Below, one piece after another: positions 10,221 to 23,108 of a stretch of 64,000 nt of DNA (the first letter of the stretch is position 1; each line of letters begins with the position of its first letter). The DNA is from Octopus bimaculoides (Eukaryota), in contig NC_068990.1 of assembly GCF_001194135.2 (NCBI RefSeq), forward strand, positions 2,008,966-2,072,965. Reading direction: 5' to 3'. The notes beneath the pieces are model-generated. The model searched no databases. It saw nothing but the letters and a program-made list of their open reading frames with translations, and was not told where the DNA came from. The position numbers were made by a program, and so were the translations under genes.

Positions 10221-13200
10221 TGTTATGGCGATAATAATAATAATGCAAAACCTCTCCCACGTGACGAGTGTTATGCGCCAGTCGTTACAAATACTGTAAA
10301 GTAGGAAGTCGAGTCTTCGAAAAGTTGGCGAAGTCGGTTATAGATAGTTCGTATCTTTACTTGTCTAACTAGCAATACTGGTATATTGGAGTGGACGTTA
10401 TAACAGTCCGACGTCGGATTACAACAGTGGCGACAAAGAATTAAGAAACTCACGAGGATTAAACAAACTCACAAGGGGTTTACGAATGTCATAAAAGTAA
10501 TGTGACATTTCATGACAAAATGAAAACGGCAAAATATGAGTTAAAAAAATTCAGTAAATTTGTTCATCACAGAGTGGATGGAACCCTTCAAATTATAGAA
10601 TACGCCCACAAGTGTTTGTATGGGAATATAGTTGGTTCAGTCGAAGGTTCGAATGCACCTGAAGGATTGAAACGAAGAATAAAATATTTATTCCCAGATG
10701 TTTTCTCGGATGAAGTGGGCTGCTGCACGAAAACGAAGGAAAAATTGTAAAACAAAGTGCAACACTTGTATTTAGGGCAAAACGTGATGTACCGTTCGCG
10801 GCGCTAGAACAGGTAAATAAACAACTTAAAAGACTTGAAAGACTAGGAATAATCGAGAAGACGGACCACTCATATTTGCGGTCTACTTAAAAAAAAAAAA
10901 TAATAATTTATTACGAATTTGTGCAGATTTTTCAACGGGTTTAAATGATTACTTAAGTTCACATAACTACCGATTACCGAGTCCTGAGGAAGTATTTGCA
11001 AAATTGAATGGAAGGAAATTCTTCTCAAAATTAGACCTCTCAGAGGCACACTTACAAATCCAAGTAGAAGAAGAATGCTAACATTTATTAGCCATTAACA
11101 CGCACCGTGACTTATTCAAATTTAAGCAGCTTCCCTTCGATGTAAAAGTGGCTCCTTCCATATTTCAACAGGTAATGGCTACAATGCTGGTGGACTGTGA
11201 TTTTGCTATCGCCTATTTAGACGATATCGTAGTAAAAAGCGAATCAGACGAACAACATGTAGAACACGTAAAAAGGGTATTCAAAAAGGTAAGAGAATAC
11301 TGCCTTAAGCTAAGCGAAGAAAAATGCGAGTTCTTTCTGTGAAAAATGAAATACTTGGGTCACATAATAAGCAAAAATAGACAGAAACCGGATCCATCCA
11401 GAGCAACTGCGATAATATGCCCACGCCGAATAATGTGACTATGATACAAGTATTTTGGGGATTAGTAAATTACTACCAAATTTATATTCCCAGTATACAA
11501 AATGTAAGGGCCACGCTAAATGATTTGTTAAAGAAAAATGCAAAATACTGCTGGACTGATAAGTGCCAGAGGGCATTTGACGAATAAAAAAACATTTGAA
11601 CATCGAACTTATCGATAACGCATTTTGATCCGAAGCTGGATATTATAGTCACTACAGATGCGAGTGATTATGGTGTAGGAGCAGTGCTTCTGCGCAAATA
11701 TGACAATGGGAGTATAAAGGCAACAGCCCACGTGTCACGATCGTTATTGACAGCAGAAAGGGACTACAGCCAAATAGAAAAGGAAGCGTTAGCAATTATA
11801 TTTGGTGTAAAAAAAAATTTAATACATTTATTCATGGAAGATATTTCTGTCTACAAACGAATCATCGTCCACTACTGTCGACATACGGTCCTAAAAAAGG
11901 AATACCAACACACACAATTAATAGACTACAGCGATGGGGCACCATATTATTGAATTATGATTTCAAAACAGAATATTTACCGTCAGAGAAACTAAAACAT
12001 TCGAAGATACAGTATGCGGTATGCGAATTACTGGTGACCCTAGAAGGCATAAAACGAAATGCGGAAAAGGACAAATTCATAACTGAAATGAAAAGAATAC
12101 TGTGGACAGGAAAAGTAAATAGGAACAGGATTGATGCGAAACGAAACGAAGCCGTGAACCTACACTCAATCGGTGATAGTGTACTGATCTATGCATAAAG
12201 AGTAGTAATACCTGAAACCCTGCAAAAGAAAACGGTGGGGGAATTCCATGTTGGACATTCTGGTATTTGGGGGATAAAAGCTTTAGTGCATAGCAACGTG
12301 TGCTGGCCAAAAATAGATAGAGAAATTTAAAGTTTAGTGAACGGCTGCAGAGGATGTGCTCTAGCAGCAAAATTACCGACGATAAAAAAGTGAATTTTGA
12401 CCAAAAGCAGGTGTCCCGTTGTCAAGACTACACATAGATTTCACTGGTCTCTTAAACGGTTCATACTACTTAGTGATAGTAGATGGTTTCTCTAAATGGA
12501 CAGAAATCTGTAAGTGTAAAAGGCCAACATCCTCAATTACGACAAACTTTTTACATGAGTTGTTTGCAACTGGAACACAATTTGTATCTTTTGAGTTTAA
12601 AAAGTTTTGTAAAACATTCCCTGTAGAACATGTAACTACGGCGTCATGCCATCCCAGATATAACGGATAAGCAGAACGCTTTGTCGATACGTTCAAGAGA
12701 ACCCTGAGAAAGTCCGTGACGGATGAAGTAGCTCTGCAACAGTTCCTAAAAGTATCCCGAGTGACACCAAATCCAAACACCAGCAGATATGTCACCAGCG
12801 GGGCTGATTTTTGCGAGGAAAATAAAATGCTTTTTCGACAAATTGCTACTTGGTATGAAAAAATAAATTGTAATGGATAAGAGAGCAAGATATTTCAAAA
12901 TTGGTGAAAATGTATTTGCTAGGGCACATAAGAACGGAAAAGAAAGTTGAGAAGACGGCGTGATTACCAAACGCATAGGAAAAATGCTATACTTGGTAAA
13001 AGGAAGAAAATGGGTATACAAGAGACACATAAATCAACTAAAAAAAAAAACATTCGTTGAGAGCGAACCAATGGAATGATTATGTGATACTTTTCAAGTA
13101 CCAACGGTACTACAAATAATTGAAGCCAGACACACGAGCGAAAGAAAAAGAAAATGTTCGGAGTTCCTGGAAGTAGATACCAAATTTGTAACTGTATGAA

Positions 13201-13326
13201 AAAAAAAAAGGGAGGTGGAGTGATGCAAAAATTATTGTTAATAAAAAGGAAGTTACATTCCCTAAGAGAAAAAAGACAACTTTAAACGGAGATGTTATGG
13301 GGATAACAACAACAACAACAATAATG

Positions 13327-13371
<45 letters not shown>

Positions 13372-13543
13372 GAACACCTCTCCCACGTGACTAGTGGTAT
13401 GTGCTAGTCATTACAAATACTGTAACGTAGGAAGCCGAGACGTCGGCAAACTTGGTTATAGATAGTCGTATCTTTACTTGTCTAACTAACAATACTGCTA
13501 TACCGGAGTGGACATTATAACAGTCCTACGTTGGATTACAACA
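10221..13543 (+). mobile_element. Ty3/Gypsy LTR retrotransposon (Mag-like), gag and protease deleted, pol decayed
   Basis: 5' LTR 10221-10426 and 3' LTR 13293-13543, both TG...CA. PBS TGGCGAC at 10428-10434, consistent with tRNA-Ser(GCU). Purine-rich AAACGGAGA before the 3' LTR. TSD GTAAG/GCAAG. RT YLDD at 11214-11225, RNase H TDASDYGVGAVL at about 11650, integrase RLHIDF..YLVIVDGFSKW at about 12420, in RT-RH-INT order. Confidence 0.95.
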
Positions 13544-14443
13544 GCAAGGATAAAAAACACTGGGAATTTTAAAGAAGCGTTAACTGCACATAGGTTTTGC
13601 CATAGTTACAAACCTCAATTAAAAGTCGACCTTGAATTTGGATATGTAGAAATGATTAAAAATTTTTTGTTCTCGAGTGCATATTTTATGCTCTATTCTA
13701 TTCCATTAATTGTTGGTATTAATTCCTTTTGTATTCACCTCTTTGCGTAAACCATCCTACGTATTACGATTTTATGCCCAGAGTTGTTCTTTTCCTAATT
13801 TTACTACCTCCTAAGCTTGCTGAGGCCAGATCACTTGTTCAGTTATAGCTGTTCTGTGGGTAAAGAAGTACCCTTTCCTAGAGACATGCTTTAGCAAATG
13901 CTAAAAGATACTCCACAGTCTAACAGCACGTCAAATGAATGTGTAGAGCCGTGGTTGCGTCTGAGGATACCGGGACACAACCTAGAGAATGGGTACGATT
14001 TTTTCATTTTTTTTATATAACTTTTACATAACTTTTGGCCAAATATATGTTCATCAAGCTGTGGTCATTAGTATTTCAGCCGCATTCTTAGCAAATTTGA
14101 CATACATTAATGTCAATTTGGTAAATAAACCATAATAAAGATATTGTTAATTTGTAGACTGGAAATATTTCTACTAGTGAAGTTTACAAAGCAGAAATTG
14201 GTAAAGTATAATAGGCAGAACTACCAAATAAATAGTAGAGGAAATAAGATTCAAGTGACATTTGATTCCTGTTGAAATACGAGACCGATTTTTAATTGCC
14301 TGAATCTACATTCTATAACGCAATTAATTCTCATAGACTGAATTTTGCTAAATCTACAATTCTCAATTGACTTTTACCAACTCAGCACAAAACAGATGCA
14401 GATAGATACACACATATATGTATTATATATTATATGCTATGAT

Positions 14444-14480
<37 letters not shown>

Positions 14481-14850
14481 GCATGTCCGGCCCAGCGGAC
14501 ATGTCGCAAGGTTCACAGACAGCAAGTGGATCCATGCAGTTTGCCAAGTGGTTTCCAAGAGATCGAAAAAAGGCCACTTGGAAGGCTGTACGGGGATACA
14601 TAGACGAGGTAGTTAAGCGATTTGGGAAAGATGGGTATAAATTGCAAGTCTTTTCGTGCGTAGAAAAAGGAAAAACAAATAAAAAGCTGATAACCAATCA
14701 AATAGGTCATAATGCAAATGTGGATTATATACACCCGTCTTCTCCACAATTAAGCAGTGTGTCAATAAGCTACACCCGTCTTCTGCTGACGAAAGTATGT
14801 TGTGTCAATGAGCCACACCCGAAAGTAGTAGTCCGAGATTTATCCTGTTA
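14481..14850 (+). mobile_element. 5'-truncated RTE-clade LINE 3' end abutting (TA)n
   Basis: Across frameshifts: SGHVARFTDSKWIHAV / KWFPRDRKRPLGR / IDEVVKRFG. This matches the RTE C-terminal pattern WAGHVAR..D.RW...V..W.P...KR..GRP..RW.D. It explains track ORF 14345..14911. Confidence 0.75.
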
Positions 14851-14854
14851 CATG

Positions 14855-15014
14855 TTTCAGTCATTAGACTGTCTGTGGCCATGCTGGGGCACGGCCTTGA
14901 AGAACATTTAGCTGAATAAATCGACCCCAGTACTTATTTTTTTAAAGCCTGGTAATCATTATGTCGGTGTCATTGGCCGAACCGCTAATTTATGCGGACG
15001 TAATCAACAGTAGT

Positions 15015-15052
<38 letters not shown>

Positions 15053-15218
15053 CACACGCACTTACACGCATACACACACCTGACTGGCTTCTTTCATTTT
15101 TTCTATCAAATCCACTCACAATGCTTTGATCAGCTCACAGGTATAGAACGAGATGACATGAAATGGGACTGAGCCTGGGGCCATGTAGTTGGAAAGGGAT
15201 CTTTTCACACTAGCGCAG
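14855..15218 (-). mobile_element. SINE family B (CORE-like, with internal microsatellite)
   Basis: Reverse complement of the 25573-25980 type; tail CAGCATGGCC(GC)AGTCTAATGACTGAAA; internal (CA)n. Confidence 0.7.
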
Positions 15219-16834
15219 CGACGCTTTGAAGCTATTCACTCATTGGGTCGTACGTATAAATATATACTTACTACACACACAAACATACAAACACTACGAG
15301 AAAAGGCAAACAAACAGTAATCACTGCGACCGTCATCAAATGACTAAGAACGATAATCTCAAGATATCTACAAGTTTATGGAATTAACATATCATTAAGG
15401 AAAAGATATGCTGTCCTTTACTTTCATTTTCAGTGGCATAAACACATCTGTGAACACGCGTTCCTGCATCAAAAGACGTCACCCACACACAGTGCCCAAA
15501 GTTGCTTGCATCCAGCTAAATCCAGAAATTTCTTGAGTCCATGAGAAAGTGAAAAGGACATGCAAGCTGGAACAGGAAGTGTATATTTAAGCATACGATA
15601 TACTGACCATAATACTAACCTAAGAAAATATACTCATACAAATATGTCAAGTGGAGGAAAAATGGGCTAATTGGAATATACATATAAATACATACANNNN
15701 NNNNNNNNNNNNNNNNNNNNNNNNNNNNNNNNNNNNNNNNNNNNNNNNNNNNNNNNNNNNNNNNNNNNNNNNNNNNNNNNNNNNNNNNNNNNNNNNNNNN
15801 NNNNNNNNNNNNNNNNNNNNNNNNNNNNNNNNNNNNNNNNNNNNNNNNNNNNNNNNNNNNNNNNNNNNNNNNNNNNNNNNNNNNNNNNNNNNNNNNNNNN
15901 NNNNNNNNNNNNNNNNNNNNNNNNNNNNNNNNNNNNNNNNNNNNNNNNNNNNNNNNNNNNNNNNNNNNNNNNNNNNNNNNNNNNNNNNNNNNNNNNNNNN
16001 NNNNNNNNNNNNNNNNNNNNNNNNNNNNNNNNNNNNNNNNNNNNNNNNNNNNNNNNNNNNNNNNNNNNNNNNNNNNNNNNNNNNNNNNNNNNNNNNNNNN
16101 NNNNNNNNNNNNNNNNNNNNNNNNNNNNNNNNNNNNNNNNNNNNNNNNNNNNNNNNNNNNNNNNATATATATATATATATATATATATAAAATCTACTGC
16201 TCCGTGATATATATGTATGTATATAATTATTGTCCACCCATTATAATTCTACAAAACAGTAAGAAATATGTTGAAGGCAATTAAACGATAATGAGGAAAG
16301 TGGAGTATAGAAATTAAATGTTGGTAAATCGGATGAAGCACAAGTAGAGATGGAATATGGATGGACGTTTTGATATGTGCTAATGTGTAGGAAGTTTATA
16401 TATTTATTTGTGTGTACGTGCCTGTGTCTGCGTGCGTGCTTGTGTGTGTGTGTGCGTGTTTGTTTGTGTGTGTGAATGTAAGTATATAGGCACATACATA
16501 TGTACAGTTCGAGTAGTTTTTGTAACTTGAAGTTCGTCTCCTACTCTTCTACCACAATATCCACACTTCAACATCGATAGTTCTTCAATTGCCTTGACAC
16601 CTATTTTTAACATTATTAGGGCAATTATGATTATGAGAACAATATTTCTTTATGTGCCTATTAGACTATTTTTTTCCATCAATCAGTATGTTATTTTGTT
16701 CAAAATAGATATATATTTTACAGTAAGCATAGAAAAGGGTAAAAACTGCATTTGGTTATGAATGACGATGGGATTTCACCTAGTAAGTTCCTGTCCAAGG
16801 CACAAATCCGTGTAAGGTTATTTATGGAAGATCA

Positions 16835-17075
16835 GCAGTCATCTATGCGTACTTGTCTCCCCTCTTCACGCTAACGAGGCTATCCAAGGGAAAGGCAAAG
16901 GGGCCGATGCAGCTAGGCCCCTGTGACGTTGCAACTAATTTCTACAGCTGAGTGAACTGGAACAACGTAAATTAAAATATCTTGCTCAAGAACACAACGC
17001 AAAGCCCGATCCGGGAATCGAACTCACTACCTCATGTCTGTGAGCCCGATGCTCTAACCACCGAGACATGCATCT
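16835..17075 (-). mobile_element. SINE, family C-like
   Basis: Reverse complement shows GTGGTTAGAGCATCGGGCTCACAG..GAGTTCGATTCCCGG head and GTGTTCTTGAGCAAGA body. Confidence 0.7.
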
Positions 17076-17269
17076 TCTCATAGTACGCATAGCGTTTACT
17101 TAAATACATCCTTCATATAATCCATTTTTGTCATAACACAAAACTTCATTGTAATTCCCATTCTAGGCCCGAACTCTGGCATTAGCCACTCTCTTCCCTC
17201 CACTGCTTCTTCTCACAATGTGACTGGAAAATGGTCAATATCGGCGGTATTTCCGCAAGGTGTGCTCAT

Positions 17270-17412
17270 TCTTCTTCTTCTTCTTCTTCTTCTTCTTCTT
17301 CTTCTTCTTCTTCTTCTTCTTCTTCTTCTTCTTCTTCTTCTTCTTCTTCTTCTTCTTCTTCTTCTTCTTCTTCTTCTTCTTCTTCTCTTCTTCTTCTTCT
17401 TCTTCTTCTTCT
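17270..17412 (+). repeat. (CTT)n/(TTC)n microsatellite, about 45 units, grading into a (CCT)/C-rich stretch
   Basis: Seen directly; it produces the poly-L/S/F ORFs. Confidence 0.98.
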
Positions 17413-17439
17413 CCTCCTACCCCTCCCCCTCCTCCTCCA

Positions 17440-18310
17440 CAGATGAGGCCCTGATCAATTTAGATCACTCTATATCTTTCGATAGGGTCGACCATCTATA
17501 CCTGGCGGTGGTCCTCAAGGCAGCTGGTTTCGGGCCTGTATTCAGCGGCTGGATCGCTACAATGCACAGTGACACCTGTTCAGTCGTGAAAGTGAACGGT
17601 CACATCTCAGAGCCGTTCGACATCATGCGCTCGGTCCAGCAAGATTTCCCCCTCTCGTCTCTCTTGTGCGTACTGACTCACGAGCCACTACTACAGAAAC
17701 TGGAGGTGTTGAGAACTATCTCGCGTGACCTAGGATGTGCGAGATGCGTGTCAGCATGTGCTAACGACGTCACCGTGGTGGTGTCGGATCGGATCATAAC
17801 CACATAGAAATGATCAGCACGCCCTCAGGGACTACGAGGCGGTTTCAGGAAAAATCAGTGGGCTTGCGGCTCGGCACCTGGAAAAGTAAGTCCATGCCAT
17901 CCAAATGCGTCGATGGGCGCTAGACGGTCGATCCAGTTACATTGCTCGGGGTCTGGTTCAGTCCGGATCTTCAGATGGACAAAAGCTGGGGACGAGGTAA
18001 TGAGCAGGGTGATTACTCTCACCCAGAAATGAGCCGAGAGAAAGCTATCCCTGAAAGGTCGGGCAGAGGTGGCTAACACGTATATCGCGTCCGTCATCTA
18101 CTATCACTTGACCGACATACCTTGTCCTGGTCACCGTCTGATTACGCTGGAGCTTATACTCTTCCGCTTCTTATGGAAGAGACGCGTCCCGATGGTTAGG
18201 CGGTTTATCTGCTGTCAGCACCCGCTGCGTGATGGCCTGGGCATGACGTGATTGATGATGTGCAGAGATACGGTGAGGCTGCCACATTTCCAGTGCTCCC
18301 TTAACGGTGA
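17440..18310 (+). mobile_element. L1 superfamily, Tx1-clade LINE, RT fragment
   Basis: LDHSISFDRVDHLYLAVVLKAAGFGPVFSGWI...VNGHISEPFDIMRSVQQDFPLSSLL..HEPLL..SACANDVTV (decayed SAYADDVT). Downstream ANTYIASVIYY..FRFLW...GLGM. GC-rich island. Confidence 0.9.
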
Positions 18311-18389
18311 ATCAGACACCGTTCACCAGACACGTATTTCATCTGCATTGTTGCTATTTTCATTTAGTCTACTGTGAGATATTTGTGTC

Positions 18390-18918
18390 CTTATTTGGCT
18401 AATTTCAGCGTCAGTTAAGCTGTTATCTTTATCATTACTTAATTTATTAGCATCTATATATCTGCGTACTTCGTTGCCTACGATGTTCCTCCATGAAGTG
18501 TATCTTTGTCCAATGAGGTTATTGTTTGGGCTGATGAGTAGAAAGCTTTCAACTCGTCTCCTTAATCCTCTCTATTTCATTTTATGCATTTTGCCTTCGA
18601 TGATATTTTTAGAGGCGTCACTACAGGTCCCGGGTTATAATTATCCTGGTTCTGGCTACCTGGTAGATAGTTTTTAGAGTGTTTACTTCAGCAGCGCTTT
18701 TTCGACCCCCGTCTGGTTACCCACTGGTACCTTGTTGTGCCGAGGGATTACCGATTCGGCATGAGTCTTGCCTTGTCATTAAAGCATTGACGGTGACAAT
18801 ATTAGACAGGTCTGTTTGTACAGAATTGACATTTTGGCATCACACCGCTTCCTTTTTTTTTCCGAATGGATATATTTGTCATATTTTAGGTTGAAGGATC
18901 GGAAATTGCCTCTGTTTT
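18390..18918 (-). mobile_element. R4/Dong-like non-LTR element, 5' end and ORF N-terminus
   Basis: Minus: YTSWRNIVGNEVRRYIDANKLV / DNSLTDAEISQIRTQI, resembling the N-terminus of R4/Dong-clade ORFs. Begins immediately after a (TAA)n tract. Confidence 0.6.
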
Positions 18919-18956
18919 TATTATTATTATTATTATTATTAGTAGTAGTAGTAGTT

Positions 18957-19041
<85 letters not shown>

Positions 19042-19055
19042 CAGTAGTATTAGTA
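18918..19055 (+). repeat. Compound trinucleotide microsatellite (TTA)n-(GTA)n-(GCA)n-(GTA)n
   Basis: Seen directly. Confidence 0.97.
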
Positions 19056-19342
19056 TTACCCTTCTCTGCAAAAGACGGACGTCAGTAGGACTGATCACTG
19101 TGTCTGTCCACAAAGAAACCGCAAAAAGTAGAAAGATCATTGCGAATGTTTGTCTATTGTAGTGGTTAACTGCCTAATTGTATTTGAACATAAACAGCAA
19201 AGAGTTTGATGATTCCCTTGGTAAGCAGACGAGACTTTGAAAAATTAACATATGTCAAGTTGGACTTCGGTAATCATTTCATATCACCCTTTGGCAAATA
19301 TAGCAAATAAACTTAACCACGAATTACCGCACTCTATCAAAG

Positions 19343-19410
<68 letters not shown>

Positions 19411-19513
19411 AAAGATTGAACAAGAAACAACGATAGGTGTCCATGTCAGCCATATATAGCAACAGTATCACAGTATCTTGTAGAAAAGGATACTGATATA
19501 TAATCAAGAGAAA

Positions 19514-20170
19514 GGCGGTGAGCTGGCACAAACGTTAGTACGCCGGGTGAAATGCTCGGCGGTATTTCGTCTGTTTTTGCGTTCTGAGTTCAAAATTCCA
19601 CCGAGGTCGACTTTGCCTTTCATCCTCTCGTGGTCGATAAATGATGTGCCACTTGCGTACTGGGATCGATCTAATCGACTGGCTCCCTCCCCAAAAATTT
19701 CGAGCCTTGTGCCTAAAGTAGAAAAGAAAAGAAAGCGGCGAGCTGGCAGAACCGTTCGGACGCTGGACGAAATGCTTAGCGGTATTTCGCCCGTCGCTAC
19801 ATTCTGAGTTCGAATTCTGCCGAGGTCGACTTTGCCTTTCATCCCTTCGTGGTCGATGAAATAAATACCAGTTACGCACTGAGGTCAATGAAATCGACTA
19901 TCCCCCCTCCCCCAAATTTTAGGCCTTGTGCCTAATGAAGAAAAGAATATTAAAGGCGGCGAGCTGGCAGAATCGTTAGCTGCCCGGATGGAATGCTTAG
20001 CGGTATTTCGTCTGTCTTTATGTTCTGAGTTCAAATTCCGCCGAAGTCGACTTTACCTTTCATCCTTTCGCGGTCGATAAATTATATACCAGTTGCGTAC
20101 TGGGGTCGATCTAATCGACTGGTCCCTTCCCCCAAAATTTCAGGCTTTGTACCCAGAGTTGAAAAGATAT
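19514..20170 (+). mobile_element. Three head-to-tail SINE family A copies
   Basis: Starts at 19514, 19735 and 19955 (period about 220). Each has box A/B, the GTCGACTTTGCCTTTCATCC core and a CCCCAAAATTTC..CTTGTGCC..GAAAAGAA tail. Confidence 0.9.
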
Positions 20171-21419
20171 ATAACCAAGAGAGTCAAGAAGACACAGACA
20201 TTTGATTGCTGTAAACAGTTTATCTCAGAAGATTGTCCAGAAAGTTAATGCGAAACACTCATCAGTAATCTACGAGAGTATTTGATTTGTTTTAATGTCT
20301 TACGTTCTGAGTTCAAATCCGCTTATAAACAAATTTTCTATTCATCCAACTAGGGTTGGCAACATAAAATACCAGTCAAGTAACTTGGGCCTTTAAATTT
20401 GTAGCCGTGTTAGAAATTCATGCTATTACCAACCCGATATCACTACACATATTTACTTACACTAACAATCGACATTACTGTTACAACATTACAATGTCAC
20501 CGCTTCAACATCATTTTCATATCAATAACTACAAATCCACGTCGTTGACACAAAAGCATTCTCATGACAACGTTATGTATGCAGCAGCATAGCAATTCGT
20601 TCTTTGTCACCCTATTTTGCTGTTTTTTGTTACATGGGGCATTTGCGCGCGCTGCCGATTTCTTATAGCATTTTAAGACATTTCAGTAAAAAAAATAAAT
20701 AAATAAATAAATAGACGATATTCGCTAATGTCTGTTTTGCCCAAACGTCTCGCTAATATCCTTGCCGATTCTCATTAGCGTCCATCGACACATCTCCAAC
20801 CAATTATGTACGTATGCACTTTGGTAGGTGGTTATGCATGAATGCATGCATATATTTATTTATATATGTATGTATGCATGTATGCGTCTGCATGTATGCT
20901 TGTGTATGTATGTGTATACTCACATATAAATACTCTGGAAGTCATTTCGTGTCCGAATACAGTGACTTGTAAATTTCTTGGAAAACAGCAAAGGGAGAGT
21001 ATCTTCAGTAGCAGAGTCAATGGTTACTTCCTGATTTATGCAATCGTTAGGTGTGGATTGCTATCCTAAGAAAGTGAACGATCATCAGGTTTTATGTCAG
21101 ATTTTCTTCCTTCACAAAATTTATTACAACACATAGGAGTCTTCACAACAAGTAGTCTTGCTGCATGCTCGTACACTTATCACGAATGTTTCTAAGGCCC
21201 ACGCACATTTGCTAGATAGTCGGTGAGCATATATAAGGTTCATCGCCCGTTTTGGCCTACTGAGTTTAAAGCAACCGTCATCACTAGGCAAGCATAGAGT
21301 AACCAATTTAGTCACCGATGACCAGACAATCCAATATTTGTACAGAAATGCATATCATCTGTAGTACCGGTGAATGAAATGAAATGCAGACTTATACTAA
21401 TATCCATCTATCTATATAT

Positions 21420-21464
<45 letters not shown>

Positions 21465-21635
21465 NNNNNNNNNNNNNNNNNNNNNNNNNNNNNNNNNNNN
21501 NNNNNNNNNNNNNNNNNNNNNNNNNNNNNNNNNNNNNNNNNNNNNNNNNNNNNNNNNNNNNNNNNNNNNNNNNNNNNNNNNNNNNNNNNNNNNNNNNNNN
21601 NNNNNNNNNNNNNNNNNNNNNNNNNNNNNNNNNNN

Positions 21636-21676
<41 letters not shown>

Positions 21677-23042
21677 CATACATATATATACATACATACA
21701 TACATACATATATATATACGTACATACATGCATACTGATTGGAGTAATGATTGCAAAAACCTATCGTCTGTATTTGTGCGTGAGAATGTGTACGCGTGCG
21801 TAGGTGTGTTACTTACATAGGTTTCAGCCATTACTGATCCAAGCCATGAATAACCTAATACCACCATTTGGAGTGGTCGTTTAAATTATCTTTTGAGATG
21901 TCATAGCCTGCTCGAGTTCTGAGTTGCTGTTTGTCGAAATCTATCCATATGTTCTTGACTAGAAAGAATTTGTCTAGATACTGTTTAAATCTAATGGAGT
22001 GACTTTCTTCAATTTCTGTGGGGGATAAATGATAAATACTATTGCATCATTTGAGATAAAACACAAACAAATTGTGCTGCATTGTTGTTATATGATGTGA
22101 GTTCGAATTTTGTAACAGGCGTATAGCATTGGGTGTGCCTGCTTATGGATGACTTGTAAAATTGATACCGGTATCGATTATATAACATCCAAGAAACTAT
22201 TTTCCCCATCGTACAAAATCGTACAAATGATGTTGTGTTCATGGCAGCATTACACAGAATATATTTTGAACTTTTTGAGGCGGTCCTGGTAATCATAGAC
22301 TGTCATCGCATTTATTTTATGTGATCAACGTATCAGGTGCTATAATTCACATAATGTTTTGCTTTGAATACGGAGAACACAGTTGGCAGTACAATTTAAA
22401 TGACGTGTGTTGGAACTATCTCCCATAGAATAGAAAGTGTCATTGAGGCAGTGCAGAAGCTGTGACAGGCAAGACCTATAGTAATACAGATCATTTCTCT
22501 CTAGGAAGGCAGTTATATTTTTTTATCACACCAACTTCTAGTGTATTTAGATGATATGATAGGTTAGTGAGATCGGATAGTAATCACTGCCAGCCATTTA
22601 TTTCAGTGTTTTAAAAATTAGGATGACAGACAAGGATAGTCAGTGTTCAGGTATAAATCCTATGACCAACAGTTTCCTACATAGAATAACCAGAGTAGAA
22701 GCTAGATGATGTTTGCACTCCTTCATGACACTAGTGAGGAAGATGACACGATCGACTACTAAAATACTTCACCTTTAAAAATTGTCACAATGTTGCCCAT
22801 TGTGCCGAAAGTTATGTCAAGAGGATATACAGTGAATTTAATTCATTGATACTGCATAGTTCAGCTACATCAAGATCATTAAGCATAAACCAGTAGTGTG
22901 TCTATAATATATAATTATGTATATGTATATAAGCACATTCAAACACACAAGTGCACATAAACAGGTATATAGCAATGTACATAATTTTTTTATAAAAGCA
23001 CGCAGACGCATACATATGCATACATACAGGAACATACATAAA

Positions 23043-23108
<66 letters not shown>

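Noticed and set aside
14479-14508. Two p53-like half sites and a CATGTCCG/CGGACATG hairpin
   Set aside because: Lies within RTE coding sequence, spacer is 8 bp, and there is no supporting context; likely coincidental.
14345-14911. 188-aa ORF as a host exon (AG after (TA)n, GTATGT donor at about 14795)
   Set aside because: Frameshift-joined translation matches an RTE LINE C-terminus; the N-terminal part is microsatellite.
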